From contig JAZKAJ010000005.1 of NCBI GenBank assembly GCA_040389185.1, positions 19,887 to 83,886 on the forward strand: a DNA stretch of 64,000 nucleotides. The letters are read 5' to 3'. The notes beneath the pieces were generated by a model. It did no database searches. It was not told the origin of the DNA and saw nothing but the letters and a program-made list of their open reading frames with translations. How positions within the stretch are numbered: the first letter of the stretch is position 1; each line of letters begins with the position of its first letter. The position numbers and the translations under genes are program-made. This document shows, in pieces, positions 54,644 through 64,000 of the stretch. This stretch comes from Patescibacteria group bacterium (GTDB lineage: Bacteria; Patescibacteriota; Minisyncoccia; Phycocordibacterales; CAIRYW01).

Positions 54644-55390
54644 ATGAAATTAACAAAAATACTATCAACATTTAATCTAACCAAAAAGGAACTCTCTATT
54701 TTTGAGACCATTCTCATGCTCAAAGAAGTTAGAGTTGGACGGCTTGCCAAAGAATGCTCTATTCCCCGCCAGACCCTATACTACATTTTAGATAAATTTC
54801 AGAATCTTGAACTTGTAACAGAGACAAGGATTGGCAGGGTCAAATTGTATCGAACATCAATCGAAATTATAGAGAAGGCGTTGAAGCTTCGACAGGAATC
54901 AATAATCAATGCGATTGAAGATTTTAAAATTGAAAAGAAAAAAATAAAATCAAAAGAAGTTGAAAATATTAATCCAAAGATTGCAATCTATAGAGGAAAG
55001 CCAGGTATCTCATACATCCTAAACGAGATGACCAAAACATATGAGAGAAGCAAATACAAAACTTTTCGAGCATATACAATGAGTCAGTTTAAAGAAGGTT
55101 TTGAAGAGGAGTTTAAAAAGTTTATCATTGCAAGAAACAAAGCAGGTGTGGAGTCTAAAATTTTTGTGCCGAAGCAAACGAACTTTGAGAATATTATGGG
55201 GTACAACAAGTTGGGGCGTGAGTTTAAAGTTTTGGACATGGAAGACTACGGCTGTGCTTTATATATTGTTGGTAACAAAACATACCTGGTGTCATACAGA
55301 GACAACGAAGGATTTATAATCGAGAATCAGAATCTTGCACTCTTTCTTAAAGAAATATTTGAGATACATTGGAAGAATATCAAAAATTAA
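54644..55390 (+). CDS. TrmB-family transcriptional regulator
   Basis: wHTH LAKECSIPRQTLYYIL, YRG..GI and C-terminal F..HW. Confidence 0.85.
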   Translation: MKLTKILSTFNLTKKELSIFETILMLKEVRVGRLAKECSIPRQTLYYILDKFQNLELVTETRIGRVKLYRTSIEIIEKALKLRQESIINAIEDFKIEKKKIKSKEVENINPKIAIYRGKPGISYILNEMTKTYERSKYKTFRAYTMSQFKEGFEEEFKKFIIARNKAGVESKIFVPKQTNFENIMGYNKLGREFKVLDMEDYGCALYIVGNKTYLVSYRDNEGFIIENQNLALFLKEIFEIHWKNIKN

Positions 55391-55560
55391 ACAGCACCGC
55401 GCCTACGGCGCGATGCTGTTTGTATTCCCTCACTACTCCACCCCTTACAACGCATCACTATTACTTATCCCAACTAAATCCATCCCGGTAGCAAAACCTT
55501 CACATCGCTTATATTGTGAAAAAATTTCCTTAGCTGGGTTTGCTACGGGACAGGTTTCAA

Positions 55561-56544
55561 CTACTTATCCCAGGTGAAACCGTTCCCAAAATGTCCGTAC
55601 TTTGCAGTCTCTCGGAATTGTGGTTTTCGAAGCCCGAGTAATTCGATAATTGCTTTTGGTTTCAAATCATATCCTTTTATCTCTTCTTGCATTCCATCAA
55701 TATCCACTACTGCCATAAGCGGCTCTGCAACACCAATTGCATACGCGATGTGTACGAACACCTCTTTTGCATCTCGCGCTTTCAAATAGTCACACGCAAT
55801 TCTTCGTGCCATATATGCTGCACTTCGATCAACTTTAGTTGCATCTTTTCCAGAAAAACATCCACCTCCAACAGGAATATTTGGTCCGTAGTTATCTACA
55901 GCAAGCTTTCGCCCTGTAAGTCCCGTGTCCGCAGTGAATCCTCCAATAGTCCATTCTCCGTTCGGATTTTGCATCCAAACCTTTTGTAACTCTTCCCAAG
56001 TTCCATTGAAATGCGGAAGGATTTCTTCTTTCATACACTTCTCAAGAGTCACATCAGACTGATCTCCTGATGTACAAAGTGAAGTGAGAACTTTGACCAC
56101 CTTCCCGTCATTTACCGTCACCTGACTTTTTCCATCGTGTCGTCCCATAGCCTTTGCAAGCTTTCGCGCGAGCACAACTTCAAGAGGAAGCATTTCTGGA
56201 GTCTCATTACATGCATAGCCCACCATAATCCCCTGATCTCCTGCCCCATCTTGATCAACTCCGTGACCGATTTCTGGACTTTGTTCTACCACGTTCACAT
56301 TCACCCCTATTGAGTCATTGTTGCCACAATCTCGGTATACATCCTGGGCGATCTGTCGCATATTTACATATGTCTTTGTAGTGAGTTCTCCTGTGATTGA
56401 TATGATCCCATGTCCACCCATAGTTTCGATAGCTACTCGGCTTGCAGGATCGTCCTTGAGACATGCATCTAAGATTGCATCTGATATCTGGTCACAGATC
56501 TTGTCTGGATGACCTACTGCTACGGCTTCTGCTGTTCTTAACAT
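55561..56544 (-). CDS. metK: S-adenosylmethionine synthetase (compact)
   Basis: GHPDKICDQISD, GAGDQG, DTGLTGRK and GGGCFSGKD.TKVDRS. Confidence 0.97.
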   Translation of the reverse strand: MLRTAEAVAVGHPDKICDQISDAILDACLKDDPASRVAIETMGGHGIISITGELTTKTYVNMRQIAQDVYRDCGNNDSIGVNVNVVEQSPEIGHGVDQDGAGDQGIMVGYACNETPEMLPLEVVLARKLAKAMGRHDGKSQVTVNDGKVVKVLTSLCTSGDQSDVTLEKCMKEEILPHFNGTWEELQKVWMQNPNGEWTIGGFTADTGLTGRKLAVDNYGPNIPVGGGCFSGKDATKVDRSAAYMARRIACDYLKARDAKEVFVHIAYAIGVAEPLMAVVDIDGMQEEIKGYDLKPKAIIELLGLRKPQFRETAKYGHFGNGFTWDK

Positions 56545-56585
56545 AAATTTATTAAATGATTAATAATGAATAATTAAATACAGAT

Positions 56586-56621
56586 AGTAAAAATCTTTCC
56601 CAAAGAGGAAAGATTTTTACT
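56586..56621 (-). terminator. Riboswitch expression-platform terminator
   Basis: AGTAAAAATCTTTCC-TCTTTG-GGAAAGATTTTTACT between the aptamer and metK. Confidence 0.75.
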
Positions 56622-56625
56622 GAAA

Positions 56626-56761
56626 TTATCTTTCCCTGCCCTTGTGAGATTCTTTTGAATCGCAACTAGGGCCGTGAGGGTTGGGAGCACTTTATAAGCC
56701 AAAGGGCGAACAAGTTGCTGTGCGGATCAATGGGCCAATTCCCTCCCCGCTCTCTTGATAC
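56626..56761 (-). promoter_or_regulatory. SAM-I (S-box) riboswitch
   Basis: TATCAAGAG, GAGGGA..TGGCCC..TGA, CAGCAAC, GTGCT and GGAAAGATA, upstream of metK. Confidence 0.9.
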
Positions 56762-56791
56762 TATTCGATTGTGATACTATTATACTCACAT

Positions 56792-57175
56792 ATGGACAAA
56801 ATTCAAACTACAAAAAAAGTGCTTGTTTTTGGTACTTTTGATCTTCTTCATCCGGGGCACTTTTATTTCTTAAACGAAGCTAAAAAGCTAGGAGAGCTTT
56901 ACGTATCAGTTTCCTCAGATGAAAGTGCAATACAGAGAAAAGGTAAAAATCCAATTCACAACATGACAGAGAGAGTAGGAGCGATCAAAAAATTAAATAT
57001 TGCGGTGGATGTTTTGGAAGGAGACAAGACCCTTAACGAATGGTCTGTACTCAAAATAGTTAATCCGGATATTATTGTACTAGGACATGATCAATATGGA
57101 CTGAAGACTGCTTTGCTAGACATTCAAAGTAAATACAGATTCGATATCAAAGTAATGAATAAATATGAAAAATAA
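56792..57175 (+). CDS. Nucleotidyltransferase (archaeal-type FAD synthase RibL-like)
   Basis: FGTFDLLHPGH and PDIIVLGHDQ. Confidence 0.8.
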   Translation: MDKIQTTKKVLVFGTFDLLHPGHFYFLNEAKKLGELYVSVSSDESAIQRKGKNPIHNMTERVGAIKKLNIAVDVLEGDKTLNEWSVLKIVNPDIIVLGHDQYGLKTALLDIQSKYRFDIKVMNKYEK

Positions 57176-57635
57176 ATCAAAAATAATAAATCAAAAATCA
57201 AGAATTTGTGTTTATTGTACTATCCCTGAAATAAAGGCTCGTACTATCGTAGAAAATAAACTCGCTTGGGCTTTCCCTACTAATATCCCGATTGTCCCAG
57301 GACACATTCTTATTTCACCTAAACGATGTGTGGCCAAGTTTGAAGATATGACAAAGAAGGAAGTTGAAGCTGTTTTTAATTTGCTTTACAAATTAAAAAC
57401 AACTTTGAAGGTCTCGTTCAAAGCGACCGGCTTTAACTATGCTTGGAATGAAGGAGAGCTCGCTGGTCAATCTGTCCCCCACTTTCACCTCCACGTTTTA
57501 CCACGTAAGGCAGGAGATACTGGAATCACAAAATATGAACCTCGGGAATTTTTATACAGGCCAGGCAGTCGTGAAGCATCCCCAGAAAAGGAACTTTTAA
57601 AAGTGACAAAGCTTATTAAAAATAATTTGAAATAA
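57165..57635 (+). CDS. HIT family hydrolase
   Basis: CVYC, PGH and AGQSVPHFHLHVLPR. Confidence 0.93.
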   Translation: MKNKSKIINQKSRICVYCTIPEIKARTIVENKLAWAFPTNIPIVPGHILISPKRCVAKFEDMTKKEVEAVFNLLYKLKTTLKVSFKATGFNYAWNEGELAGQSVPHFHLHVLPRKAGDTGITKYEPREFLYRPGSREASPEKELLKVTKLIKNNLK

Positions 57636-57636
57636 T

Positions 57637-58182
57637 ATGGCTCAGGAAATAGAAACAAAAGTATTAGATATTCACAAAGATCATATCATTTCAAAGTTAA
57701 AAGATCTGGGAGCAAAAGAAAAAGGAGCAAGGACCAAACTTACTGTCGATTGGTTTAGAAAAATAGGTATTACTGAAGGCCAAGATCCGTGGTATCTCAG
57801 AATTCGATCTTACGACGACAATAAACACGAGGTGACATGGAAAGCAAAATCAGTTATAGAGGGCAATATCAGAAAGCATAAAGAAATTAATTTTATGATC
57901 GAAGAGCCAAAACAACTCAAGGATTTATTTGAAGAGATCGAACTTGAAAATTATGCCCACCAAGAAAAATATCGCACGTCTTTTACTCTTAAAGACTGGC
58001 AATTTGATATAGACGAATATCCAGGCATGCCTGCATTTATTGAGATTGAAGGTCAAAGTGAAGAACACATAAACGAGGCGATGGAACTACTTGATATTAA
58101 AGATAACAAAACTTGGACAGACGGTGAAAGAACTTTGGTTCAGGATGTTTATGGTCTTGATTGGTACAAAATGAAATTCTAA
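57637..58182 (+). CDS. CYTH domain protein
   Basis: EIETK, LRIR, EKYR and FIEIE. Confidence 0.88.
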   Translation: MAQEIETKVLDIHKDHIISKLKDLGAKEKGARTKLTVDWFRKIGITEGQDPWYLRIRSYDDNKHEVTWKAKSVIEGNIRKHKEINFMIEEPKQLKDLFEEIELENYAHQEKYRTSFTLKDWQFDIDEYPGMPAFIEIEGQSEEHINEAMELLDIKDNKTWTDGERTLVQDVYGLDWYKMKF

Positions 58183-58772
58183 TGAATTACCTCGATCCAA
58201 AATTTATCATTGAAGCATTGGGACTTGTGGGAATATTTTCTCTTATATTTGCTGAGTCAGGGCTTTTCTTTGGATTCTTTCTTCCTGGGGACACACTTCT
58301 CTTTACCGCGGGACTGCTCGCCTCACAAAATCTCTTATCTCTCCCTCCTCTCCTTGTTGGAGGAATCTTGTTTGCAATTCTCGGAGATAATGTGGGATAT
58401 TTGTTTGGCAAAAAGATAGGACCGAAACTATTTACTAGAGAACACTCTTTTTTTTGGAACAAAGATCACATAGAAAAGTCACATAAATTCTTTGAAAAAT
58501 ACGGTAAAAAGGCGATCATTCTCGCACGATTTATGCCTATCGTGCGAACATTTACCCCAATCCTTGCCGGAGTTGGAACTATGGAATATAAGACATTTCT
58601 TCGATACAATATTGTAGGAGGAATATTATGGGTTTCTGGACTTACTTTGTGTGGATATTTCTTTGGCAAAATAATACCGGATCCAGATAAATACTTACTC
58701 CCTATCATATTACTCATCACAATAGTTTCTCTACTTCCTGCATTAAAAGAATTTATAAATAGAAAGAAATAA
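58182..58772 (+). CDS. DedA family membrane protein
   Basis: FAESGLFFGFFLPGDTLLF and ARFMPIVRTF. Confidence 0.93.
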   Translation: MNYLDPKFIIEALGLVGIFSLIFAESGLFFGFFLPGDTLLFTAGLLASQNLLSLPPLLVGGILFAILGDNVGYLFGKKIGPKLFTREHSFFWNKDHIEKSHKFFEKYGKKAIILARFMPIVRTFTPILAGVGTMEYKTFLRYNIVGGILWVSGLTLCGYFFGKIIPDPDKYLLPIILLITIVSLLPALKEFINRKK

Positions 58773-58773
58773 T

Positions 58774-59274
58774 ATGGATACATTAAAAAATATAGTCGGT
58801 GAATTCAAGGCATTTGCAATGCGAGGAAATGTGATCGACCTTGCTGTGGGTGTTATTGTCGGGGGGGCATTCGGCAAGATCACCACTTCACTCGTAACCG
58901 ATATCTTCAATCCGATCCTTGGTATCATTGTTGGTAAAATAGATTTTGCCAACCTTTTCTTTGCACTCGATTTCAAAAGTTATCCTACAGTAGAAGCGGC
59001 AAAAGCAGCAGGAGTAACGACAATAAACTATGGACTATTCATAAACGCTGTCATCGATTTCCTTCTCGTTTCCTTTGCGGTATTTATTATGATCCGCGAG
59101 ATCAACAAATTAAAGCGACGAGAAGATCAGAAAGGAACAACAGAAGATCCAGACACAAAGAAATGTCCTTATTGTGTATCGACCGTCTCAGTATGCGCTA
59201 CTAAGTGCCCGTTCTGTACAAGTGAGTTACCTCAAGATCCAAAGGAAGAAAAACAAGACAAATTAAACAAATAA
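58774..59274 (+). CDS. mscL: Large-conductance mechanosensitive channel with a C-terminal zinc ribbon
   Basis: FKAFAMRGNVIDLAVGVIVGGAF; CPYC..CPFC tail. Confidence 0.95.
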   Translation: MDTLKNIVGEFKAFAMRGNVIDLAVGVIVGGAFGKITTSLVTDIFNPILGIIVGKIDFANLFFALDFKSYPTVEAAKAAGVTTINYGLFINAVIDFLLVSFAVFIMIREINKLKRREDQKGTTEDPDTKKCPYCVSTVSVCATKCPFCTSELPQDPKEEKQDKLNK

Positions 59275-59310
59275 AAAAACGGCTCACCTTTGGGTGTGCC
59301 GTTTTTTTAT

Positions 59311-59976
59311 TTATTTTTGAACAATTCTTCCATCATCAAGCCTTACGATTCTCTCAGCCATTCTACCGTATTCTTCTTCGTGAGTAACCATAATAATAGT
59401 TTGTCCTGCTTTGTGAAGTTCTTTGAATATTTCCATTACCTTGTTTGAAGATTCGTGATCAAGGTTTGCAGTTGGTTCATCGGCAAACAGGATTTTTGGC
59501 TTATGTGCTACCGCTCGAGAAATGGAAACCCGCTGCTGTTCACCTCCCGAAAGCTGACTCGGAAGACTATTTATTTTTTTACCAAGTCCAATTCGCTCGA
59601 GCGAAGCTGTCGCCATCTCATAAGCTTTCGCTTTTGAAAGTTTCTGCATAAGAAGAGGTAGAGCGACGTTCTCAAGAGCGGTCAAATCTGGAAGAAGAGC
59701 GTAATCTTGGAAAACATATCCGAGCTCATTCAAACGGAACTGTCCCTTCTCGTCTTGAGTCATTCCTTTCGTATTTACATCATTCAATATTATTTCTCCA
59801 GCCGTAGGCTCATCCAATAGAGACATCTGATACATAAACGTCGACTTTCCTGCTCCACTTCTACCCATGATCGCAATAAACTCCCCACTCTCAGCCCGAA
59901 AATCAATACCCTTCAACACCGTAGTCTGTTTATCTCCGTCTATAAATGTTTTTACCAATCCTTTAGTTTGTATCAT
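59311..59976 (-). CDS. ABC transporter ATPase (MacB/LolD-like)
   Basis: [18 protein letters not shown] and DEPT. Confidence 0.95.
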   Translation of the reverse strand: MIQTKGLVKTFIDGDKQTTVLKGIDFRAESGEFIAIMGRSGAGKSTFMYQMSLLDEPTAGEIILNDVNTKGMTQDEKGQFRLNELGYVFQDYALLPDLTALENVALPLLMQKLSKAKAYEMATASLERIGLGKKINSLPSQLSGGEQQRVSISRAVAHKPKILFADEPTANLDHESSNKVMEIFKELHKAGQTIIMVTHEEEYGRMAERIVRLDDGRIVQK

Positions 59977-59986
59977 ATAGTTTAAA

Positions 59987-61228
59987 TTATCTTCCTAAGA
60001 TAGCATCGAGTGTATTCTTACGAACGATCATTCTCGCTGGAATGTATCCTGCAATGAGTGTTGCAAAAATAAGAAGTCCTATTCGAATACTTGTCCCCGA
60101 TACTGTCGCCACGAGTATTCCATCACTAAATGGGAAATCAATAGGGTGCGCATCAATAAATGGAACCAAGAATCCATAGAGGATCAAAAGCCCAATGAAT
60201 GATCCGCAGATTGCATAGAACATCGACTGGAATACGTATGATATTTCGATAACATTTCCATGAATTCCAATCCCCTTCATAATACCGATGAATTTTCTAC
60301 GAGTGATCGCATTGATAAAGATCACAATAAATATTGTGATTGATGCCACAACAAGTCCAATGGAACTTATCATATTACCCAAAAGTGCGAATGTATCTTT
60401 GATGTCTTTGAGGAATTTTGGCTGAGCATCTTCGTATGTTTGAATCTTTGCATATTTATTTGCCCCCGCTTTTATCAAAGCCTCTTTTACAACGATCGGA
60501 TCTGCCCCATCCTTGAGCTTGATCGCAATATCATCAACATTATAGTCATCTCGCCCGATAAGCTCTCGAAGTTGTTTTTCAGGTAAATAGACGCGAGTAC
60601 TCACTTCGTTAACCTTACTCTTCACAATCCCCTTCACAGTCATTTCTCTTGTAATACCATTTACTGTAATACGAATTTTGTCTCCCGCCTTTACATTAAG
60701 TGCGGTAAATCCCGCCGCTTCAACCGGACTGTATTTTTTTACAAATAATGAACCAATCATCACCTGATCAAAGTCATCAGCATTCAAATAACTTCCTTCA
60801 ACAACAAATTTAGATATTCCAGTTAGTTTATTTTCTGTATCCGGATCAATACCTGTAAAGACAACACCGGACACCTCTTTGTCTGTGACTTTTGTATTTT
60901 CTTTGAAATTCGCTTCAATTGTCCCTGCTTCAGAGTATCGTGGAGAATACATCTCCATCTCTGGCAATGATTTGATCATTTCTATAATATTACTCGTATT
61001 TTCGATATACTCTTTTTTGTCCGGAGTACTGAGGAGTACATCGCTCGTATAGTACTGCCTCTCAGCTTTAATAGATGATTCAATAAGTCCCACAAGCACA
61101 CCTGACACAACAGTAAGATTCAGAAATGTAAGCACCATCACAAAAATAATAAGACCCGTAGTCCACTTGCTTGCACGTCTGACTTGCCTATTGGCCAAGA
61201 AAAATCCAATTTTGATATGGTCCATCAT
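59987..61228 (-). CDS. ABC transporter permease (MacB/LolC/FtsX-like)
   Basis: TM1, large external domain, three C-terminal TMs, IG..K.IG and PA. Confidence 0.88.
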   Translation of the reverse strand: MMDHIKIGFFLANRQVRRASKWTTGLIIFVMVLTFLNLTVVSGVLVGLIESSIKAERQYYTSDVLLSTPDKKEYIENTSNIIEMIKSLPEMEMYSPRYSEAGTIEANFKENTKVTDKEVSGVVFTGIDPDTENKLTGISKFVVEGSYLNADDFDQVMIGSLFVKKYSPVEAAGFTALNVKAGDKIRITVNGITREMTVKGIVKSKVNEVSTRVYLPEKQLRELIGRDDYNVDDIAIKLKDGADPIVVKEALIKAGANKYAKIQTYEDAQPKFLKDIKDTFALLGNMISSIGLVVASITIFIVIFINAITRRKFIGIMKGIGIHGNVIEISYVFQSMFYAICGSFIGLLILYGFLVPFIDAHPIDFPFSDGILVATVSGTSIRIGLLIFATLIAGYIPARMIVRKNTLDAILGR

Positions 61229-61245
61229 AATAATTAATTTGATTA

Positions 61246-61415
61246 GAACTTACGCATTCGCAAAATTTCTAAATATTTTTGAAACAGGATTCGCAGGCGT
61301 ATGAAATATACGACGGAGAATCATGTTGAAAAAAGATGACGAAATTTTGCGAACCTGCAAGGCGAATGAAAATGCCTGATAATATTTGTTGTTCATTTTC
61401 ATGAGTGAGTAGTTC
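61246..61415. mobile_element. 170-bp MITE-like element with TA flanks, in a stop codon
   Basis: TA|GAACT...AGTTC|TA; internal stems TTCGCAAAATTT/AAATTTTGCGAA and ATGAAAATG/CATTTTCAT. Confidence 0.65.
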
Positions 61416-62866
61416 TAATTTGTTGGAGGGTTAAGAAGAATAATATCTCCCTCATTAAGACCACTTAATACTTCCACATTTCCTTTTCCATCTTTAATTC
61501 CTAAATTCACTTCTGTTTTGACTGGATTGTCTTTTGTTTTGAGATAAACATAATATTTGTCTGCATCTGTCACAATTGATCTCTCACCAACAGAAATAAT
61601 TCCACTTTTCTTTTGTGTTTCGATAGTTACATCTCCTGTAAGGCCTGAAATAATTCGAGGGTCAGCTGTTACAAAATTTAATTCTAATTTGTAATTTGAC
61701 ACCCCATCTTTGAGAGTCTCTGCTGGATCAATATGTGTTACCACCGCATCGAAAGATGCATCAGGATACGCATCGAGAGTCACCTTTGCTTTGTTTCCCA
61801 GATTAACACCAGGGATACTTATCTCTGGAATATACACTTCTACTTGAAGTCCACTACTTATGAGAGCAGATACTTTTGTATGCGCAGCAACAGACTCACC
61901 CACCTTTGCATCTTGGAGAGAAAGCGTCCCATCAAATGGCGCATAGATGATCGTCTTTGCGATCTGTGCATCATAAGTTCTTACATTGGCTTCCTTGGAC
62001 GATACCTTGGCTTGCTGTATTGATATATCTGAAACAGATCCGCGAAGCTTATCCTCGTAAGTTGTGAGATCAGAAAGAGTCGTATTAATATTTGATCTCG
62101 CGAGTGCCACATCAGCTCTGTATTCTGAGATCATTGAGTTTGTTAAAACATTTGATTCCTCAAATGAATTCACTGCAGGCGCAACAATATCAAGAAACAT
62201 CTTTACTTTCTGAATATATTTCTTCGCATCTGTAAGTTTTTGATTGGAGTAATTATTTACATTGAGAGAGTTGGCCAATATGCCAAAATTTTGAAGATCT
62301 GTCTCGATCTGCTCTCTGCTATCATTTATTTTTGTCTTAGTACTGAAATAATCGTAAAAAGTATATTTTATTTCGGGACCGGTACGCGGATTCTCAAAGA
62401 ATTGATCAACTTTGTTATGAACAGCATCATCCGCTGTCGTATAGGCATCAGCTATCGCGTTTATCGCCTGTTCTTTGTTTATGGATACATCTGAACTTGA
62501 CTCATTGTTTGTGATTCTCGAGAGTTCTGCTTTTGCACCCTCCAAGTCCGCTTCTGCGACATCTCGTTGTGCTATGAGGTCAGATGAGTTGAGGGCCGCT
62601 ATCATTTCACCACTTCTTACCTTGTCACCTACATTTTTGTAAACAGCGGCAACAGTACCGCCTGTTTCAAATGACAGATCAACATTATTCACCGCAATCA
62701 CCTTACCTGATACGCTCACAACCTTTGTAAAGTCACCCTTTGAAATACTCACCGTCTCACTTGCTCCTGATTTACCCTTAAATACCAATACAGAAATGAT
62801 AATAACAAGGGCGACAATCACTAAAATACCCACTTTGCTTTTGAGGAATGTTTTTATTTTTTGCAT
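61415..62866 (-). CDS. Efflux adaptor (membrane fusion) protein
   Basis: SVSGKV, GDKV..G, IYAPFDG and VEVLSGL.EGD. Confidence 0.9.
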   Translation of the reverse strand: MQKIKTFLKSKVGILVIVALVIIISVLVFKGKSGASETVSISKGDFTKVVSVSGKVIAVNNVDLSFETGGTVAAVYKNVGDKVRSGEMIAALNSSDLIAQRDVAEADLEGAKAELSRITNNESSSDVSINKEQAINAIADAYTTADDAVHNKVDQFFENPRTGPEIKYTFYDYFSTKTKINDSREQIETDLQNFGILANSLNVNNYSNQKLTDAKKYIQKVKMFLDIVAPAVNSFEESNVLTNSMISEYRADVALARSNINTTLSDLTTYEDKLRGSVSDISIQQAKVSSKEANVRTYDAQIAKTIIYAPFDGTLSLQDAKVGESVAAHTKVSALISSGLQVEVYIPEISIPGVNLGNKAKVTLDAYPDASFDAVVTHIDPAETLKDGVSNYKLELNFVTADPRIISGLTGDVTIETQKKSGIISVGERSIVTDADKYYVYLKTKDNPVKTEVNLGIKDGKGNVEVLSGLNEGDIILLNPPTN

Positions 62867-63040
62867 AGCCGTAATTATACCAAAAAACTTTGCTTTTTGC
62901 TATCTTTTATGCTTTAATGTTCCTTGTCCGCAGAGGCGGATTTTTTGTTTATCTCGTAGTATGTTTGGTCAAGAATACCGAACATAGTGCAAGGTAAATT
63001 TAAAAAACACTTATTATTCAACAGTTAATTGATTAAGTTT

Positions 63041-64000
63041 ATGAACAACACAGAAATTCGAAATATTGCGATTATTGCTCACGTGGACCACGGAAAGACG
63101 ACTCTTACCGATGCCCTGATGAAGCAAACTGGTGCAAACGCCGGTGATGTATCAATGGACTCAAACGCCCTCGAACAGGAACGAGGTATTACTATCTACG
63201 CCAAAAACACTTCTATCCGATACAAGGATACAAAGATCAACATCGTGGATACACCAGGACACGCTGACTTCGGTTCAGAAGTAGAGCGAGTGCTCCGATC
63301 TATTGACTGTGTGCTTCTTGTTGTTGATGCTCAGGAAGGACCAATGCCACAGACACGATTCGTACTCAAGAAATCTCTCGAGCTCGGTCTTAAACCTATT
63401 GTTGTCATCAACAAGATCGACAAGCCAGCTGCAAACCCGGCCAAAGCTCACGATGAAGTTTTGGAACTTTTCCTCGACCTCGGAGCAAACGACGAACAGT
63501 GCAACTTTCCTACTGTATATGCTATCGGACGAGAAGGAGTTGCAATGAAGCATCTTGAAGACGCGCGAGTAGATCTCTCACCACTTTTGGATGTTGTACT
63601 CGAACATGTTCCAGTTGCAAACACAAAAGATGATGTACCACTTCGAGCACAAGCTTTCAACCTTGCATACGATAACTTCCTAGGACGTATGGCGATCTGC
63701 CGAATGTACGAAGGTACAATCAAAGATGGTCAGACAGTAACAGTGAAGAAACAATCAGGTGAAGTAAAAACTGGACGACTTACAAAACTCTACACATTCG
63801 AAGGTATTGCAAAGAAAGAAGTTGCAGAAGCTCACTCAGGTGACATCATGATGATCGCTGGTATTCCTGATATTTATATTGGAGATACTATTTGTTTCGA
63901 TGCATCTCAAGAATCTCTTCCATCAATTAATGTTGATGAGCCAACTATCGCTCTCGACTTCATTGTTAACGATTCACCATTCGCAGGTAAAGAAGGAAAG
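63041..64000 (+). CDS. typA: Translational GTPase TypA/BipA, 5' part (runs off the window edge)
   Basis: [41 protein letters not shown] and NDSPF.GKEG. Confidence 0.96.
   Translation, partial: MNNTEIRNIAIIAHVDHGKTTLTDALMKQTGANAGDVSMDSNALEQERGITIYAKNTSIRYKDTKINIVDTPGHADFGSEVERVLRSIDCVLLVVDAQEGPMPQTRFVLKKSLELGLKPIVVINKIDKPAANPAKAHDEVLELFLDLGANDEQCNFPTVYAIGREGVAMKHLEDARVDLSPLLDVVLEHVPVANTKDDVPLRAQAFNLAYDNFLGRMAICRMYEGTIKDGQTVTVKKQSGEVKTGRLTKLYTFEGIAKKEVAEAHSGDIMMIAGIPDIYIGDTICFDASQESLPSINVDEPTIALDFIVNDSPFAGKEGK

Noticed and set aside
63275-63723. Three short ORFs near the right edge
   Set aside because: All lie within the typA reading frame, which the track omitted because it has no stop in the window.
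1-64000. CRISPR array or cas genes
   Set aside because: No run of equal-length repeats with unique spacers; the tRNA-fragment repeats are few, irregular and tRNA-derived.
1-64000. Alternative genetic code (TGA as Gly, code 25)
   Set aside because: Conserved core genes translate full length in the standard code, with no in-frame TGA interruptions.

Overview
An AT-rich window in standard genetic code that looks like a Patescibacteria/CPR (Parcubacteria-like) chromosome. This is an inference from the reduced dcw cluster, two mreB paralogues, short ProRS/HolB/MetK, scarce Shine-Dalgarno motifs and many ORFans. Core genes: mraZ-rsmH-ftsL-ftsI-murF, lysS, greA, mreB-mreC-mreD-like-mrdA, proS, rseP, frr, holB-like, a second mreB, murA, priA, fmt, def, hpf, purH, uppP, metK (behind a SAM-I riboswitch), mscL, a MacAB-like ABC exporter and the 5' part of typA. 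There are two tRNA genes: tRNA-Glu(CTC), and tRNA-Asn(GTT) split inside the anticodon by a 271-nt group I intron. The most unusual signals are non-coding. (1) Both tRNA loci carry an inverted copy of tRNA nt 54-73, interrupted at the same 65/66 boundary by a related 22-23-nt hairpin. (2) Four related att-like junctions separate single-gene modules (Abi-alpha, orphan EctC) downstream of tRNA-Glu. (3) Degenerate tRNA-Asn fragments lie upstream of the gene, one containing the intron-free anticodon junction. (4) A ~190-bp MITE-like element sits in the start codons of both ftsI and proS and rebuilds the ATG, and another element rebuilds a stop codon. No transposase, integrase or CRISPR array is visible. 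All calls come from reading motifs by eye; no database searches were run.
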